Below are positions 40,990 to 56,344 of a stretch of DNA of 64,000 bases, piece after piece. Within the stretch, counting starts at the first letter, position 1; each line of letters begins with the position of its first letter. The notes beneath the pieces were generated by a model, which saw only the letters and a program-made list of their open reading frames with translations, was not told where the DNA came from and did not search any database. This DNA is from Octopus vulgaris (taxonomy: Eukaryota): positions 78,244,001-78,308,000 of the forward strand of contig OX597821.1 in assembly GCA_951406725.2 (NCBI GenBank). The letters run 5' to 3'. The position numbers were made by a program, and so were the translations under genes.

Positions 40990-43390
40990 ATTCAGTAGTT
41001 TTATTTTTATAGCGTGCTTTCACTTCACTACCGAGCGCAGCTCTGTGTGCCTTGGGTATGTGCTGTGATTTGTTGTGATGCTCTGATAGTATGGAAAGTG
41101 CTCTGCGTAGGATGTGTGTAGTGCCTAGTAGTGCAATTTTCTGTATGTTATATGTGTTTGTAAGTCCTGGTGTTGTTGTTATGTATTTGTCTGAATATTT
41201 TTTTATCATGCCTAATGCACCTACTATGATAGGAATTGTTTCTGTTTTCAGATTCCACATTCTAGTTACCTCTATTTCCAGGTCTTTGTATTTTGAGAGT
41301 TTCTCCATTTCTTTTAGAGACACGTTGTCATCTGCCGGTATTGATACATCAATTCGAAAGCATTTTTTTGTTCATGATCTCTGACAACTATATCTGGTCT
41401 GTTGGCCTTAATTTCTCTATCTGTGTGTATCGGCATATCCCAGAGTATGGTTGCTTTCTCGTTTTCTGTGACCTTTTCTGGTGTGTGCCTATACCATCTT
41501 TTTTCTGTTGTTATTCCATAATGTTGGCATAGCTTCCAATGTATGTAGGTTCCAACTCTGTCATGTCTGTGAATATATTCCTTCTTAGCCAGGACTGAGC
41601 AGCTAGAGATAATATGATTTATTGTTTCTTGTCCATCTCCACATATTCTGCAGTTACTTGTAATATTTCTTTTCATTACATGTTTTTGGTAATTTCTGGT
41701 GGGAGGCTTTGGTCTTGTGCTGCAATTAAAAATCCCTCTGTTTCTGCTTTGAGTCCTGAGCTTCTCATCTATTGCTGGGATTTTTCTTTGTCTATTTCTT
41801 TTACGTTTAGTTTAGTCCAGTATTTACCATGAAGGGGCTTTTCTTGCCATCGTTTTATCATGGTTCGTTGCTGTTCTGTTTTTAGTTTGGATTTCATTTG
41901 TTTTATAGCTTTTGTTGTTTCTTCATCTTCTTCTTCTTCTTCTTCTTCATGTTTATGAGGTGGTATGATTTCTTGTTTGTATTTGTCAGCTTCCTTAAAT
42001 ACTGAGAACAGTTTTTTGTTTTGCTCGTGTTTTGCCGCTATCTGGATCAGTTTTCCTTCCTTCTGAAGTAGATATTTTTGCAGTCCTATGGTGGTTATTT
42101 TATAGTAGTTTTCCAGCTGTATAAGTCCTCTACCACCTTCTATACGTTGTATATATAGTCTTTCTATGTCAGATTTTGGGTGATGCATCCTAGATCCTGT
42201 CATTATTTTTCTTGTTTTCCTATCTATTTTGGCCAGTTCATTTCGTGTCCAGTTAAGGATATTGTAGCTGTAACTTATAACTGGGACAGCTAAAGTGTTG
42301 ATACCTATTATCTTGTTTTTAGCATTGAGCTCTGTGTTTAGTATTGATCTAACTCGTCTATAATATTCTTTTTTTATTTTCTCTTTCATTTGTGTGTGTT
42401 GTGTCTTATCTAGTTCATGGATTCCTAAGTATTTGTAAGTTTGGCTTTGGTCTAATTCTTTTATTTCATTGGTTTTATCTAGTGTGATGTTGTTACTCTT
42501 AACTAGTTTTCCTCTTTTCATGGTTACTTTGGCGCATTTTTTCTAATCCAAATTTCATATCTATTTCTTTGGTAAATCCATGAACTGTCTTTAATAGTGT
42601 TTCCAGCTGTTTGTCATTTGCAGCGTATAGTTTTAGGTCATCCATATATAAAAGGTGGCTGATCGTTTTGCCGTAACATTTACATCCGCATCCAGTTCTA
42701 TTTAGCATATCAGATAGAGGTGACAGTGCCAAGCAGAAAAGGAGTGGAGAGAGCGTGTCTCCCTGGAATATTCCTCTTCTAATGGGGATGTCTTTGGTTT
42801 TCATGAGTCCCTCTTTTGTTTGGAGGTGTAGGACTGTTTGCCATTTATTCATAGAGTGCTCTATGAATTTTATGATTGTTGGTGCTACTTTGTTAATGGC
42901 TAGTGTTTCGAGGATCCATGTGTGGGGGATGCTATCAAACGCCTTTTTGTAGTCAATCCAGGCCATACTGAGGCCTTTCTTCTTTCTGTGGCTGTCTTCA
43001 GTTATGGCTTTATTAATCATTAGTTGATCTTTACAGCCATATGAGCCTTTGCGGCATCCTTTCTGCTCTTCTGGGAACAGTTTGTTTTCGTCCAGGTGCT
43101 TGTTCAGCCTTTGTGATATCACTGCAGTAAATGCCTTGAACATAGTAGGGAGGCAGGTTATTGGTCTGTAGTTTTCTGGTTTTTCTGTTTCATTTGATTT
43201 GGGAATTAAGATGGTTTTCCCCTTCGTGAGCCATTCAGGCATTGTCTCTGGCTCTGCTAGTACGTTGTTAAAGTTTTCAGCCAGCTTTTTGTGCATTCCT
43301 GTTAGATATTTCAACCAGAAGTTGGGGATCTTGTCATGCCCAGGTGCCTTCCAGTTGCTTAGTCTTTGCAGTGCCTGGGTGACCTCTTCT
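40990..43390 (-). mobile_element. R4/Dong LINE of a second subfamily, 5'-truncated
   Basis: NYRPITCLPT, EQKGC..GCKDQL, IFQGDTLSPLLF, YMDDLKL, CRIC..HIISSC..RHD, RPDIVV, KYKDL; flanked by (TAA)n. Confidence 0.93.
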
Positions 43391-43830
<440 letters not shown>

Positions 43831-43873
43831 ATCATTTAAATATGTTTACAAAGAGTAAGCAAATAGTATATAC

Positions 43874-44022
43874 TTATTATTGAATGTAAATTTCGTTGGA
43901 GTACCGCTTGTAAAAGTATGATCAATAAATTTATCAATATGACACCATGATGTAGAATTCGTCCCCGTTCCATTGAAAGTGTACACATAACGTATGTCAC
44001 TTTTGCTGAACCATAATTTCAC
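43874..44022 (-). CDS. Exon 4 of paralog B: VKLWFSKSDIRYVYTFNGTGTNSTSWCHIDKFIDHTFTSGTPTKFTFNN
   Basis: tttacag|GTGAAA ... AATAA|gtatat (weak donor); 149 bp, phase 0-2. The VKL..FNGTG....W pattern resembles an unnamed domain I recall from molluscan secreted proteins. Confidence 0.75.
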
Positions 44023-45069
44023 CTGTAAATGCAAAGTTGACTAGGGTTGATAAAGAATGTAAGAGAGTGAGAGAGAAGTGGATAGCAGAACGAGGAAGAA
44101 GTTAAGGTTCCGATATAGGGAGAGAGAAGGAAGGTGAGAAAGAAAGAGAAACTGAGAAGTAGGGGAATAGTGAGATTTAAAGCTCAAAAGAAAAAAAGAA
44201 AAGATCCGAGAAATCAGTGAAAGGAAGAAACGGAGAAGGAAAAATGAGGGGGTAAGAGAGAGAGAGAGAAAGGGGGTGTTGAGGGCAGAACAGTGATAGG
44301 GGAAGTGAAAGATTAAAAACGAGGGAGGTAAAGAGTTAAGGTTTAGAGGTATAATTTGCGTGAATCGATCTGTTAGCTAATGAGTCGTGATTTGGGAATC
44401 ATCATAAAAATTCATTTTTGATCTGCGGAAAATACAAAATCCCGATTAACAGAAACAAAATTAAAATGAATCGGTTCCCCGCCAACATAGCATTGAATTT
44501 TGTGAACTTAAATTTCACCCTTGCAACACCTATTAAAGTGCAAAATAAAGCGGTTTGCCTTGCTGGGTCACAACCATTTTATTATATGTCTCCCTTTATC
44601 TGTAGCGCATGTCTTATAACCACTCACTATTCTCCCTTCGATCTTAGCACTTAAAATTCCTTTTAATTCTGCATCCAAATATTTATTCCTCATTAATTCA
44701 GGTTTAGTTGCTCTTCCAACGCTCTTCATACTTTCCTCTTTGAATCAACTTTCTTGTTTGTTGCAATGCTTGCAAACTCTTCTTCACACCTGCACTCCTC
44801 CTACACCGACACAACGGTGACGACATTGAATCATTCAACTTCCTGATCTGTTTACACCTGTTATTCCTACTCAACACACCGAATCGATATCCAAACGTTC
44901 TTGGCTATGTTGCTGATTATGAACACCCCATCTCTATGATTGAACATTTGAAACATTGATTGACTGTTGCTACAATGATAGAAGGCAAATTCGACACTTG
45001 GGGGAGTTTAACTTGGAAAAAATTGCAACTAATTTTGTCTCAGTACCAGGCAGTAAATGTCCTGACGCA

Positions 45070-45598
45070 ATACCAGGTAGTGGCTCTCATGGCTTGTGGT
45101 CATAACTTACTGGAAGTGTAATCATGTACATTGTTTTGTCTTGGTATAAAAGATGGGCTACAGCAAATATTATGCTCAATACCACAGATTTGCTTGTCAT
45201 TTGTTTGACCTTAACCAGTTGAGCATGTCCCTTAGTGACGGACGATATGTGCATCTCTGATCACGAGCAGAAGTAGTGGGGGAGCATCATAGGCATATGT
45301 TGAAAGGAATTCCTTGGAGTTTGGATAATTTATCTTTGGAAACAAGGGTATTTAAACAACTCCTATTCAGGGTCCGTTTGAGTGCAATGGTCTATTCGAC
45401 AGGGAGCAAATTCTAATTAGTCGGCACCTGCAAGGTCTTATGCTGTTTATCTCGATATGCAATCACCATGTTGTGCACATATAGCTGTAATGCATGTGCC
45501 TGGTAAACCCTTATTAGACGGGTAGTCAGAATGGGTATACAGTGATTCGTATATTTTATCCCACTGCCACTTTGATAGCATGCACTGTTCTCTCACTC

Positions 45599-45600
<2 letters not shown>
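45070..45600. repeat. Dispersed repeat; a partial reverse-complement copy lies at 51545-51722
   Basis: CAGGTAGTGGCTCTCATGGC..GGTATAAAAGATGGGC..GCTCAATACCACAGATT matches 51545-51722 in reverse. Confidence 0.75.
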
Positions 45601-45659
<59 letters not shown>

Positions 45660-45662
<3 letters not shown>

Positions 45663-47165
45663 GTAACAATAAAGAATGAGGAGATTAAAATGAACACAGT
45701 GCAGTGAATAGGAAGTATAATATTGAAAGAAAGGGCCTGAAAGTGGTAATGAATGAACTGAAACAGCGACTCGTTGCAAAGAAAGCAAAGATGGTAAGAT
45801 ACGACCAAAGAATGAAGGGGTACCAGCAGAATAGTCTATTCAGATTAAAACAGAAAGGATTCTACAAAGAAATAATGTGAGAATGTACAGATAAAAAGTT
45901 GATTCCAGATGATATTGAATGTCAAAGATTTTGGAGTAACATGTAGAGCAAAGACAAGGTCACAAGAAGGATGCTGAATGGTTGCAAGAACTGAAACAGA
46001 CAGTAGTCTGTCATTCCAGTTAAGGAAGCGAAAGAAATCAGTAGAAAAACGAGCAACTGGAAGGCTCCGGGACTAGATGGAGTTTAAGGCTACTTGATCA
46101 AACGATTTGGTGAATATCATGCACAAATAGCTACACAACTTAACACCTTGTTAAATGTCGACCATGGAACACCAGAGTGGTTGACCATGGGTAGGACAGT
46201 GCTGCTCTTGAAAAACATCGAAAAAGGCAATATGGCAGAAAATTATAGGCCGATATCCTGCTTGCCACTTATGTGGAAATTGACTGGATTACTCACAGTC
46301 AACATGCGATCATCTGATAAAATGAAGTCCTGCTACATGAGCAGAAAGATTGCAACCGTATGTGCAGAGGCACCACGGATCAACTCCTGGTAGACAAAAC
46401 TGTACTGAAAGACTGCAAGAGGAGGAAAACTAACGTAGCCATGTCGTGGATCAATTATAATAAGGCGTGATTATGGATTATGAAATGTTTGCACTTATTT
46501 GGTATAGCATTGAATGTTGAGCGATTGCTTAGAAAAAGTATGGCGAAATGGAGGATTGCACTGACAGAGGTTAAGGGACAATGGAAATCAGGAGAGGCAT
46601 CTTTCACGGGAACTGCCAGTCTCCACCAATCTTTGTACAGTGCATGATACCACTAACACTGATTCGTTGATAGAGTGTATACTTTCAATGCTGATATCAG
46701 AATGGAGTTCGGACTGATAAAGTGTGGTGTGTTAGCCTTGAAGAGAGGCGAAATCAAATGTATGGACGGGCTAGCGATACCGTCGGCGGAAGTTATGAAG
46801 CAGATAGAAGAGACGGGCTATAAGTACTTGTGGATTTTGGAAATGGATAAATTTATGGAGAAATAAATTACATGCGCAGAATGAGACAGATGCTTAAGTC
46901 TAAATTAAACGGATTGAATAAGATTGACGCTATCAACACCTGGGCGGTTTCACCCCTTATATGGACAGTAATCACATGGACAGTAGACGAACTAAACAGC
47001 TTAGAAAAAAGACAAGAAATTTGTTGACTGAAATGGGACACACCACCGAAAAAGTGACACAGACACAATGTATATACCAAGAAAGAGAGGGGAAAGAAGA
47101 CTGATTGGATGTGAACACAGCATAGCATTAGAACAGAAGAAAACAACATAGCATGGTATGTATGA
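45660..47165 (+). mobile_element. R4/Dong LINE, old decayed RT region
   Basis: WKAPGLDG, PEWLTMGRTVLL..NYRPISCLPLMWK, DQLLVDK, DIRMEFGLIKC..YKYL. Confidence 0.85.
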
Positions 47166-47507
47166 GTTTTTAACTTTAAGAAAGAACCAAAGAGGATATA
47201 CGTTAACAAGAGTTTGTGTGTGTGTGTGTGTCAATTCAGTTGTTATAGAAACATCTTATATTCTATTTCATATGATCTTATGCAACATTTAATTCTACTG
47301 TCAACATCTTACAACAGAATGAGTTTCTGTGGTCACCTAATCTGCTAGAAATGGAAGCCAAATCTGTCTCTGATTGTACTCGTCGGATAATAGAACTCTG
47401 GATAATTTAGTTATAGAATTGATATGCATGAAAATAAGACAAGAGATATGGACCTAAAAAATTGTTAGTTAAATACCAATAATTTTGAAATTGCAAAAAT
47501 GTGTTAC

Positions 47508-47599
47508 CTTTTCAATTGGCAAACTGTCCCAGTATAAATATATAGGACTTTTGTAAAATGTTTTTTCGGTCATCTTAAACACTTTCTGCCGGTTTTCAG
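47508..47599 (-). CDS. Exon 3 of paralog B: (S)ENRQKVFKMTEKTFYKSPIYLYWDSLPIEK
   Basis: tatttcag|CTGAAA ... GAAAAG|gtaaca; 92 bp, phase 1-0, joins exons 2 and 4 in frame. Confidence 0.75.
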
Positions 47600-47794
47600 C
47601 TGAAATAGCCATAAACGGTTATCAATGATTTAGATGTAATAGCAAAGATAGGATTTGAAAAAGCCTTATTACGATTTTAAAGGGAGTATGTGGCATAGAG
47701 TACAGGGATAAATACTGAATTAATTTTAAAATTATTAATTACAATGTAACATATTTCCTAAGGTTCATTTTAGGTTATTATTATATAATTATTA

Positions 47795-48010
47795 AGCCGG
47801 TGATCTGGCAACATCCTCAGCACGTCGACCGAAATGCATAGTGATATTTCGTCTACTACTATGTTCCGAGTTCAAATTCCGCATTGTTCGACTTTGCCTT
47901 TCATCATTTCAAGGCCGATAAATTAAGTATCAGTGAAATATTGGGGTCGATGTAATCGATTAGTCCCCTTCCCACAAATTTCAGGCCTTGTGCCTTCAGT
48001 AGAAAGGATA
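47795..48010 (+). mobile_element. SINE (family 3), diverged
   Basis: Same core motifs as 29914-30105. Confidence 0.7.
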
Positions 48011-48197
48011 TTATCTGGCTCCCTAAGGAACAAAGCAATTCAACATACTAACTCAGATGAAAGCTGTGGAATGAGGTAACGGATATACCTGTATCATGCA
48101 TGCTCACCACTAATATTATTGTTATGGTTATTAGTATCTATACATGTACTGCTGATAATCATAATAATAGTAACAATAATAGTTATATGAATATTTA

Positions 48198-48247
<50 letters not shown>

Positions 48248-48639
48248 TGTATAGTATTTGTACACAGAGAGCTGATGATTTACAGGACACCTTACATGCT
48301 AGAGATGGCAGTCAAACTCAGACCATGAAAAAAAGTAATTCCAAAAGAGAGTGAAAACAACAATTACTTATAGTTAATTTCAAACTCGAGTTTCTTTATT
48401 AATGAACCTATAAATTGATTTCACATGTTATGATACTATATTATATTCTTCAAATGATATTATATAATAAATAACAAATATTAAATAAAAATTACATACG
48501 ATTGTTTCGATTCTTAGCGTAATTTTTGATATATGAGTAGTTACAGATACAAAAAAATGTTGAATAAGCCGTACACTTTGGCTCTGAAAACAATCAAACA
48601 TTAGGTAAAAAAAAAACATTGAATGAAGATAAATGATCG

Positions 48640-49400
48640 TTTGAAAACAAATTTCATTAGTAAAGCCACATGCCTGACAAAAAAGTAGAACATTTCTAAC
48701 TTTGATGTTAAAGATATTGAAAAATAAGTGGTACAGCTACAGAGACAAAAGTTGCATCCACGTATGCCAACCTGGTGATGATTTTTATATCAAAAGAAAA
48801 GTAATAGGAGGGTGTGGAGAAAACTTTTGACCAAATTTTCCGGAAATATGTCATAGAACCGATTACTAGATGACTGAATTAATTTGGTGGGAGAAACCAA
48901 ATCTACAAACATTCAATAACATTCTGAACATCCTTCACGCATCCATCAAATTCACGTCTGAACTTAGCCGTAAAGTTTTACAATTCATAAATATTCACAT
49001 AGAAATATGCAACTCCATAGTAACAACGGGTATATATTACAAAAATACGGACACACACCGAAATTGTGTGTGTGTGCGTGTGTGTGTATATAAACAAAAG
49101 CAAATCGACCAATACTACTAAAACGCTCTAAAATAGAAAAATCTGCTTCATGAAAATCTCATAAAGAACGGTAAAAGCCAATCAAAACATCCTAAAATCC
49201 ATCTCACGAGAGCAAAATTCCCATCAGAAAATAATTAAGAATTATCCGTGAAGTTCAGCGGAGATAATAGATGTGGAATATGTAGCAACAACAACAACAT
49301 CAAATATCTCGACTGTAGGTCCAATATAAATTTTGAAAATGGGTTCTCCTTCCAAACTAATGGAAGACATAAAATATAATATACTGCATAACGATTCCCA
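48640..49400 (+). mobile_element. Penelope-like RT remnant
   Basis: GTA..TKVASTYANLVM..RLLDD..FNNILNILHASIKFT..IYYKNTDTH. Confidence 0.75.
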
Positions 49401-49774
49401 ATTGCAAAGAAAATTTATATTGGCGTTATATTGGCGTGAAATGTGCTCTTGCTGAAATTTCCCGAGAAAATATAACTTTGGCTTTGAAGTACTCTCTCGA
49501 GGAGAGAGTATTCTATACCAAAGTAAGATACGGTATTAAAAGCTGTTAACGAAATTGGTGATGAGTATTTACAACAGTGTGATGAGGCCACATTCTGGCA
49601 GATTAACACCTGTCAATATGCTCTGGCTGCAACAGCAACTGACAAGCGTTTTTTCATAATATATAAAATTTGTACACTACTTCAAATAATCTCTGTCTCT
49701 TTCTCTCTCTTTCTCTCTCTGTCTCTCTCTTGCTATGTCTCCGTGTGTCTGTCTGTCTGTCTCTCTCTGTATTA

Positions 49775-49813
<39 letters not shown>

Positions 49814-49814
49814 C

Positions 49815-49866
<52 letters not shown>

Positions 49867-50105
49867 CATCTAGTTTCAGCTCACGAGTTGTGGCCAAGCT
49901 GGGGCACATATACATATATATATATTCGTTTCTACTCTAGGGACAATGCTCTAAATTTTGGGGGAGGGCGCCAGTCGATTAGATCAACCCCTGTACGCAA
50001 CTGCTACTTGATTTATCGACCCTCGAAAGGATGAAAGCAAAGTCGACCTCGGCGGAATATATGTTCGTATATATACATCTATATATATATATATATATAT
50101 ATATA

Positions 50106-50560
50106 TCAAGAAAGATAGACCGCATGACAGGTTTTGACTATTGGGGTCGACGGAAAAATTAAATCTCTACTCTCTCCAGAGTGGCTGGTAGCCCCACATT
50201 ATTCGTGTGATGTGGAAAAATATTCCATTAATATTGCACAAATTTTAAAATCCACACAAGACTTGGTACCCGTGCTATATGCCCACATCAAAAATCGCAC
50301 TCACGACATATAACAATATTACCTCAAACCTCAAACGGTTCAGCTCTCTTTAAGACCATACCAAAATACATCAAAATGGAAACGGATCCCATAAAATTAA
50401 AAAGTTCTCTGGACAAATTTCTTCAAAAAATCCCAGACCAACTTCCTACAACTGGATATGTCTCCAACAATAATAACTCTTTGTGGGCCATGGTGCCCCA
50501 TATATTACTAAAAGACTTCACCAGGTGGTGCTATTGAGTTAGACATGGCCTTATCAAAGT
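50106..50560 (+). mobile_element. 3' fragment of the same LINE family as 17005-20380
   Basis: GACTATTGGGGTCGAC..AAAGACTTCACCAGGTGGTGCTATT.AGTTAGACATGGCC..TATCAAAG. Confidence 0.85.
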
Positions 50561-50667
50561 TACACATCCGTGTGTGTTTGTATGTATTTATGTATGTATG
50601 AGGTTAAGTAAATGATGGAAATATAACACAAACGTCGCAAAAGACAAAGAAAATATGCTTTACATAC

Positions 50668-50997
50668 AGTTTTCCTTGAGCAAAATATACGATGAACAGT
50701 CGCAATCAGAATCTTTCAGTTCTCCGCTGTAAAACAGTTGATGCATGTGACATACGCCATTACAATAGCTGAAATATCCACAGTCAGCGTTTGATAAGCA
50801 GCAAATTGCACACTGGATACGAGATGCCGTCTTCTCAGTTATTTTAGTTCCGTCTAATAAGCATTTTGATTTAGTAAGTCTTTTGAACTGACTTTCTTTA
50901 TACTCTGCCTTGCAACTTATCTGAGTGACGACCAATATTAGTGTGAAGGCTTGCAACAATTTGAGTATCAGGCGATATTGAATTGACGTTTCCACTC
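50668..50997 (-). CDS. Exon 2 of paralog B (signal peptide + PAN/Apple-like domain)
   Basis: ttttcag|GAGTGG ... AACT|gtatgt; 330 bp; encodes [24 protein letters not shown]; paralog at 1347-1676. Confidence 0.85.
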
Positions 50998-51071
50998 CTG
51001 AAAAATATACATATACATATACATACATACATATACACATATATACTTACACACACGCGCACACGCGCACA

Positions 51072-51395
<324 letters not shown>

Positions 51396-51429
51396 TTAGA
51401 CTAGTATATATATATATACATAATACACA

Positions 51430-51510
<81 letters not shown>

Positions 51511-51752
51511 GTATATAATACAGAATAAAATAAATTGAAAATGCAAATGAAAGGCAGTCAAACAGATTTGACATGGTTAAGGTCAAACAACTGACAAGCT
51601 AATCTGTGGTATTGAGCAGAATATTTGCTGTCGCCCATCTTTTATACCAAACAAAAACAATGTACATGATAACACTTCCAATCAGTTAAGATCAGAAGCC
51701 ATGAGAGCCACTGCCTGGTAATGTATCCGGGCAATTATACTGTATCAGGGCA

Positions 51753-51808
<56 letters not shown>

Positions 51809-52029
51809 CATCATTATTATTATTATTATTAATAGTCAGATCACTGCCTGGAATCGAATTCGGAATCTTGCGGTTAGTAGCCTGCGCTCTTAACCACTAC
51901 GCCATATGCCCGTCACGAAGGCCGGGGGGTATATCAGCCGAAACTTTGTGTTAACAAGAAAGAAGATGAGGATAAATATCCGTCAAATGTAAATAATATA
52001 CATAATTCTTCATCTCTTAAATATATGAG

Positions 52030-53020
52030 TACAACCATTTTTTGTTCTCAAGTTGTAATTTCTCTTTAACAAGAAGCGCAATAGCTCTGAGAAGATTCCT
52101 TGTTTGTATTATGTCCTCCGTTTGGATGTATGTTACGACAGTATTAATCTTTTGTGTTACTTTATTTCCCATACTCCTATCTCCATTCCCTGTTCCTCCT
52201 ATCTACTACTCTCTGCTTTCAACTCCTACCTCTCTCTTTTCAACTCCGACCATCCTTTGTAGCCCATCCGCAGAGTCCCTCAGACTCTCACAAATTTGAA
52301 ATATTTCTACTCCTGTTAAATAACCCTTTCTTCTAACCACTCTCACTTGTGGAGGAACATGGCCTAGTGGTTAGAGCAGCGGACTCGCGGTGGAGGGATT
52401 GCGGATTCGAATCTTAGACCGGACGATGCGTGTGTTTATGAACGAAACACCTAAGCTCCACGCGGCTCCGGCAGAAGGTAATGGCGAACTTCTGCCGACT
52501 CTTTCTCCACCAATTTCTCTCACTCTTACCTCCTGCATCTTGCAGCTTAGCTGCGATGGACCGGCGTCCCGTCCAGGTGGGAACCTATACGCCAAGAAAC
52601 CGAGAAACCGGCACTTATGAGCCAGGCATGGCTCGAGAGGGAACAAACAACAACTCTCACTTGGTTCATAAGTTTATTTTCATTTGATACATGTTCTTTA
52701 CCGTCCAAAATTTCAAGGTACATCGGCCTATTCCACGACTTCTTTCCAGCTTTACTCTTTCATGACATTCAATAAGAGCATCGTACTTTTCCTTCGTCCA
52801 CATACGTCTGTTTTAGCGAACACCGTATATGTTGTGACATAACGACCGTCCGAGGCCAGATCACCGCCCCTGATGCCGGAGGTTTCGGACGTGCCAGGCA
52901 GAAACCTTCACAATGGTCGGCTATAGCTTCATTCTCGTCGTTAATTCTTACCTTGTGTTGCATCATGATTTCAAGAGTCGTTCGAGGGGTTCCCACGAGA
53001 GTTGGTATTGAGATTTCATC
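52030..53020 (-). mobile_element. R4/Dong LINE N-terminal fragment, interrupted by a SINE
   Basis: WTKEK..LIECHERV..FW..ENKLMNQVR, continuing past the SINE; N-terminal pattern of R4-clade ORFs. Confidence 0.55.
52350..52652 (+). mobile_element. tRNA-derived SINE with an 11-bp target-site duplication
   Basis: TGGCCTAGTGGTTAGAGC (A box), GATTCGAATC (B box), (AAC)n tail; ACTCTCACTTG duplicated at 52339-52349 and 52653-52663. Confidence 0.88.
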
Positions 53021-54150
53021 TCTCTCTTCCTCTTTTCATTTGTATATACACGTGCACATGTATGTACATACACACATGTATATAAATAAAGTGCTTGCAT
53101 TGTGTCGCCTTCATAACCACAATGATTATCACTACAACCATCGTTCTACCTATAGCATTTAAAAATGTCAATAATAATAATATGGGTTCCGGTATATTGC
53201 AGCAGATCTTCGTCCTTATTTGTTACATACTCGGTAAGCGTTCTCGTTTCACTCCCGATACAATGGTCTATACTAATGAGTCGTCTGCCACCATTCTTTC
53301 TTTTCATATACAGTCTGTTTGCGTTTGCAGTTAACACTTAATACTATCTTTTGTGCACCCTGCATGAATGGTAATCCAGGGATCATTCTCAGATAACTTT
53401 TAGTTCCTTTACTGGTTCCACAATCACTGGTATTGTAACCGTCTTGAGATTCTATCTTTCATCCAGCTACTGTCCTCATCTGCCCACCGTTCTCTTTCGG
53501 TTTTGTTTTCCGCTTGGGCAGTGAAATTAATAGCAAGGTATTCCTGTTCAGAGGTAACGTTTCCGCCGATCACCGTCTCTGGTTGTATGCTATTTTCGTT
53601 TTCGTATCTTAAGCGCTTCAAGCTCATAGATAGAAATTATCCTGTATTTGTTTTCGAAGTTTCATTTCCGAGCATATCTTCTTTTTATCCATTTAGAATG
53701 AGACCTGTTACATTTTATATTTATTGTTATTATTATTATGTATCTCTTAATTTGTTTAAACACTGTGTGCTCTAAGTTGTCTTGTTCATGCACGAAATAT
53801 ACGGGTGCATGTGTGAATTATATAAACATTACATTTTGTGTAAAGATGAGATTACATATACGATTATTATTTGTACTCAGTGCTTTTTCTGTAGCGACAT
53901 CGCATTCTCGCATATTGCTTCAACTCATGTATAGGTAAGTCGCATCAGTGCTTGTTTGTCTGTGACAATGTGCCTGACAGCACCAATATTTCATAGTTGA
54001 GAAAGATAATTTTTCGGTATCCTGATCTAATTTACATTTGGGACCAATGTTCTTTCATGTTTTGGCTGTTTCTTAAATCCTGTTCGACAATGATGACAGC
54101 TTTAATCTAACTTCGCAAGGAGCTCGCTCGTACATGTCCGTCATGTTTGT

Positions 54151-54740
<590 letters not shown>

Positions 54741-55581
54741 TTAGTCATGTAAGGGATTTTATCGACAAACTATAAGCTGCAATAGAATCTTTTTTGTGCG
54801 TCAAAAAATGACGAAACGGTTTCAAGGCATTTACGCACCGGAAACTTCGAAGTGAAAGGGAAGTGAAAAAATTCGGAATTATTTTGGCAACTCTAATGGA
54901 ACATAAACATAAATATGAACCCATAAACATGCATTAGGAAGAAGCACCCATCGATTACATCGATTAAAAGGTAAGAATTATGATATCGTCCGTAAATAAA
55001 AATTCCGAACTCTGAAGCAAAGATATATCTGCATTCAACATTTCTTATGATAACATACCAAAGAGTTATAATAAAAACCCTTCCGAAACCTTTGGAAAAT
55101 ATTTTATATCTAGCAAGATACTAAAGAATACCGGATTATCTCATTCACTTCCCATGTCTGCAATGCATGGAACGAATTATCTGAGGAAAAAATATTTCAT
55201 TCTTAGAGACAAATTAATTGCTGTGTTTCAATTAACGTAATTCTTCTCACAGTTTCTAAGGTTGAACATCGAAGCAAATGCTAAGTCAATGAAACACATG
55301 CGTGGTATATCTTCGTGTTTTTGAAGGCCTTCCACAATGTTGGGATCCAGTCCTAGTACAACTAACTAATATTCTAATTGTAGTCGTAGTGTAAACTTGC
55401 ATTTGCAGAAACAAGAAGTGTCAAAATTTAGAAACGTTTAATCTGAAGCATGAGACTGAATAATAATTGTAAAATCGCATAGGTTCATATCCAGATGTAG
55501 ACCGCGTGTTACAATGTTCAGAAGAAATATTTTACCCAACCGCTCCGTTCCATTCAATAGGTTTAAATAACACTCACTAAA

Positions 55582-55810
55582 GCGGCGAGCTGGCAGAAAC
55601 GTTAGCACGCTGGGCGAAATGCGTAGCCGTATTTCGTCTGCCTTTACGTTCTGAGTTTAAATTCCGCCGAGGTCGACTTTGACTTTCATCTTTTCGGGGT
55701 CGATTAAATAAGTACCAGTTACGCACTGGTGTCGATGTAATCGTCTTAATCCCTTCGCCTGTCCTTGTTTGTTCCCTCTGTGTGTAGCCCCTTGTGGGTT
55801 GTAAAGAAAT
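55582..55810 (+). mobile_element. SINE (family 3)
   Basis: Near-complete copy; flanked by TTTAAATAACACTC at about 55562 and 55812 (probable target-site duplication). Confidence 0.85.
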
Positions 55811-56331
55811 ATTTAAATAACACTCTTTAACTAGAAATGATAATACTTTCTTACAAATGTACTAAGACACAGTTTTGTAAAGCGAAATTATATAACCGTC
55901 TGGATAGAATTTCTGTATGTTACTTGAGCTTCTATTATCGTCTCGTTACATACGAAAGGGCAAGTCGAATAGAGATTAGATAGTGGCATTTAGTTCGAGT
56001 GATTGACTTCTTGCCTAGTTACTGCCCTCTGTCTAAAAATAAAGAAATGATTTCTATAATCTATAATGACCAAATAGTTGACATTAGATGAACGAAAAAC
56101 TTTGTAGGATTCGAAAGCGGAACGTAAGATTACAAACGATATTGTTATCAGTCGGTGAATAACTTCTACAAACCCACCGGCTTCTCTTCCCCTCTCTTTG
56201 AAGATGGGAAATGGTAATGGCAAAACAAATGTTATGAAAGCAGAAATCAATGACAGTGTTTTCCGACACTGAATTTTAGCAATTGTGGTTATAATCTCTC
56301 ATTCAATTTCTAATAATATTAATTCACTTAC

Positions 56332-56344
56332 CTTTGAGATTCAT
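56332..56344 (-). CDS. Coding part of exon 1, paralog B (MNLK-G)
   Basis: ATGAATCTCAAAG|gtaagt; conserved in paralog A with one synonymous change. Confidence 0.75.

Noticed and set aside
44340-44950. Possible Helitron-derived segment
   Set aside because: No diagnostic Rep/helicase motif or terminal hairpin could be confirmed.
49415-49630. Cys-containing ORF as a candidate exon 3 of paralog B
   Set aside because: Phase-1 splicing gives early stops; the exon at 47508-47599 fits frame and motif much better.
51835-51912. tRNA gene
   Set aside because: A/B boxes are present but there is no convincing acceptor stem, and it is embedded in a repeat; treated as a SINE-like head.
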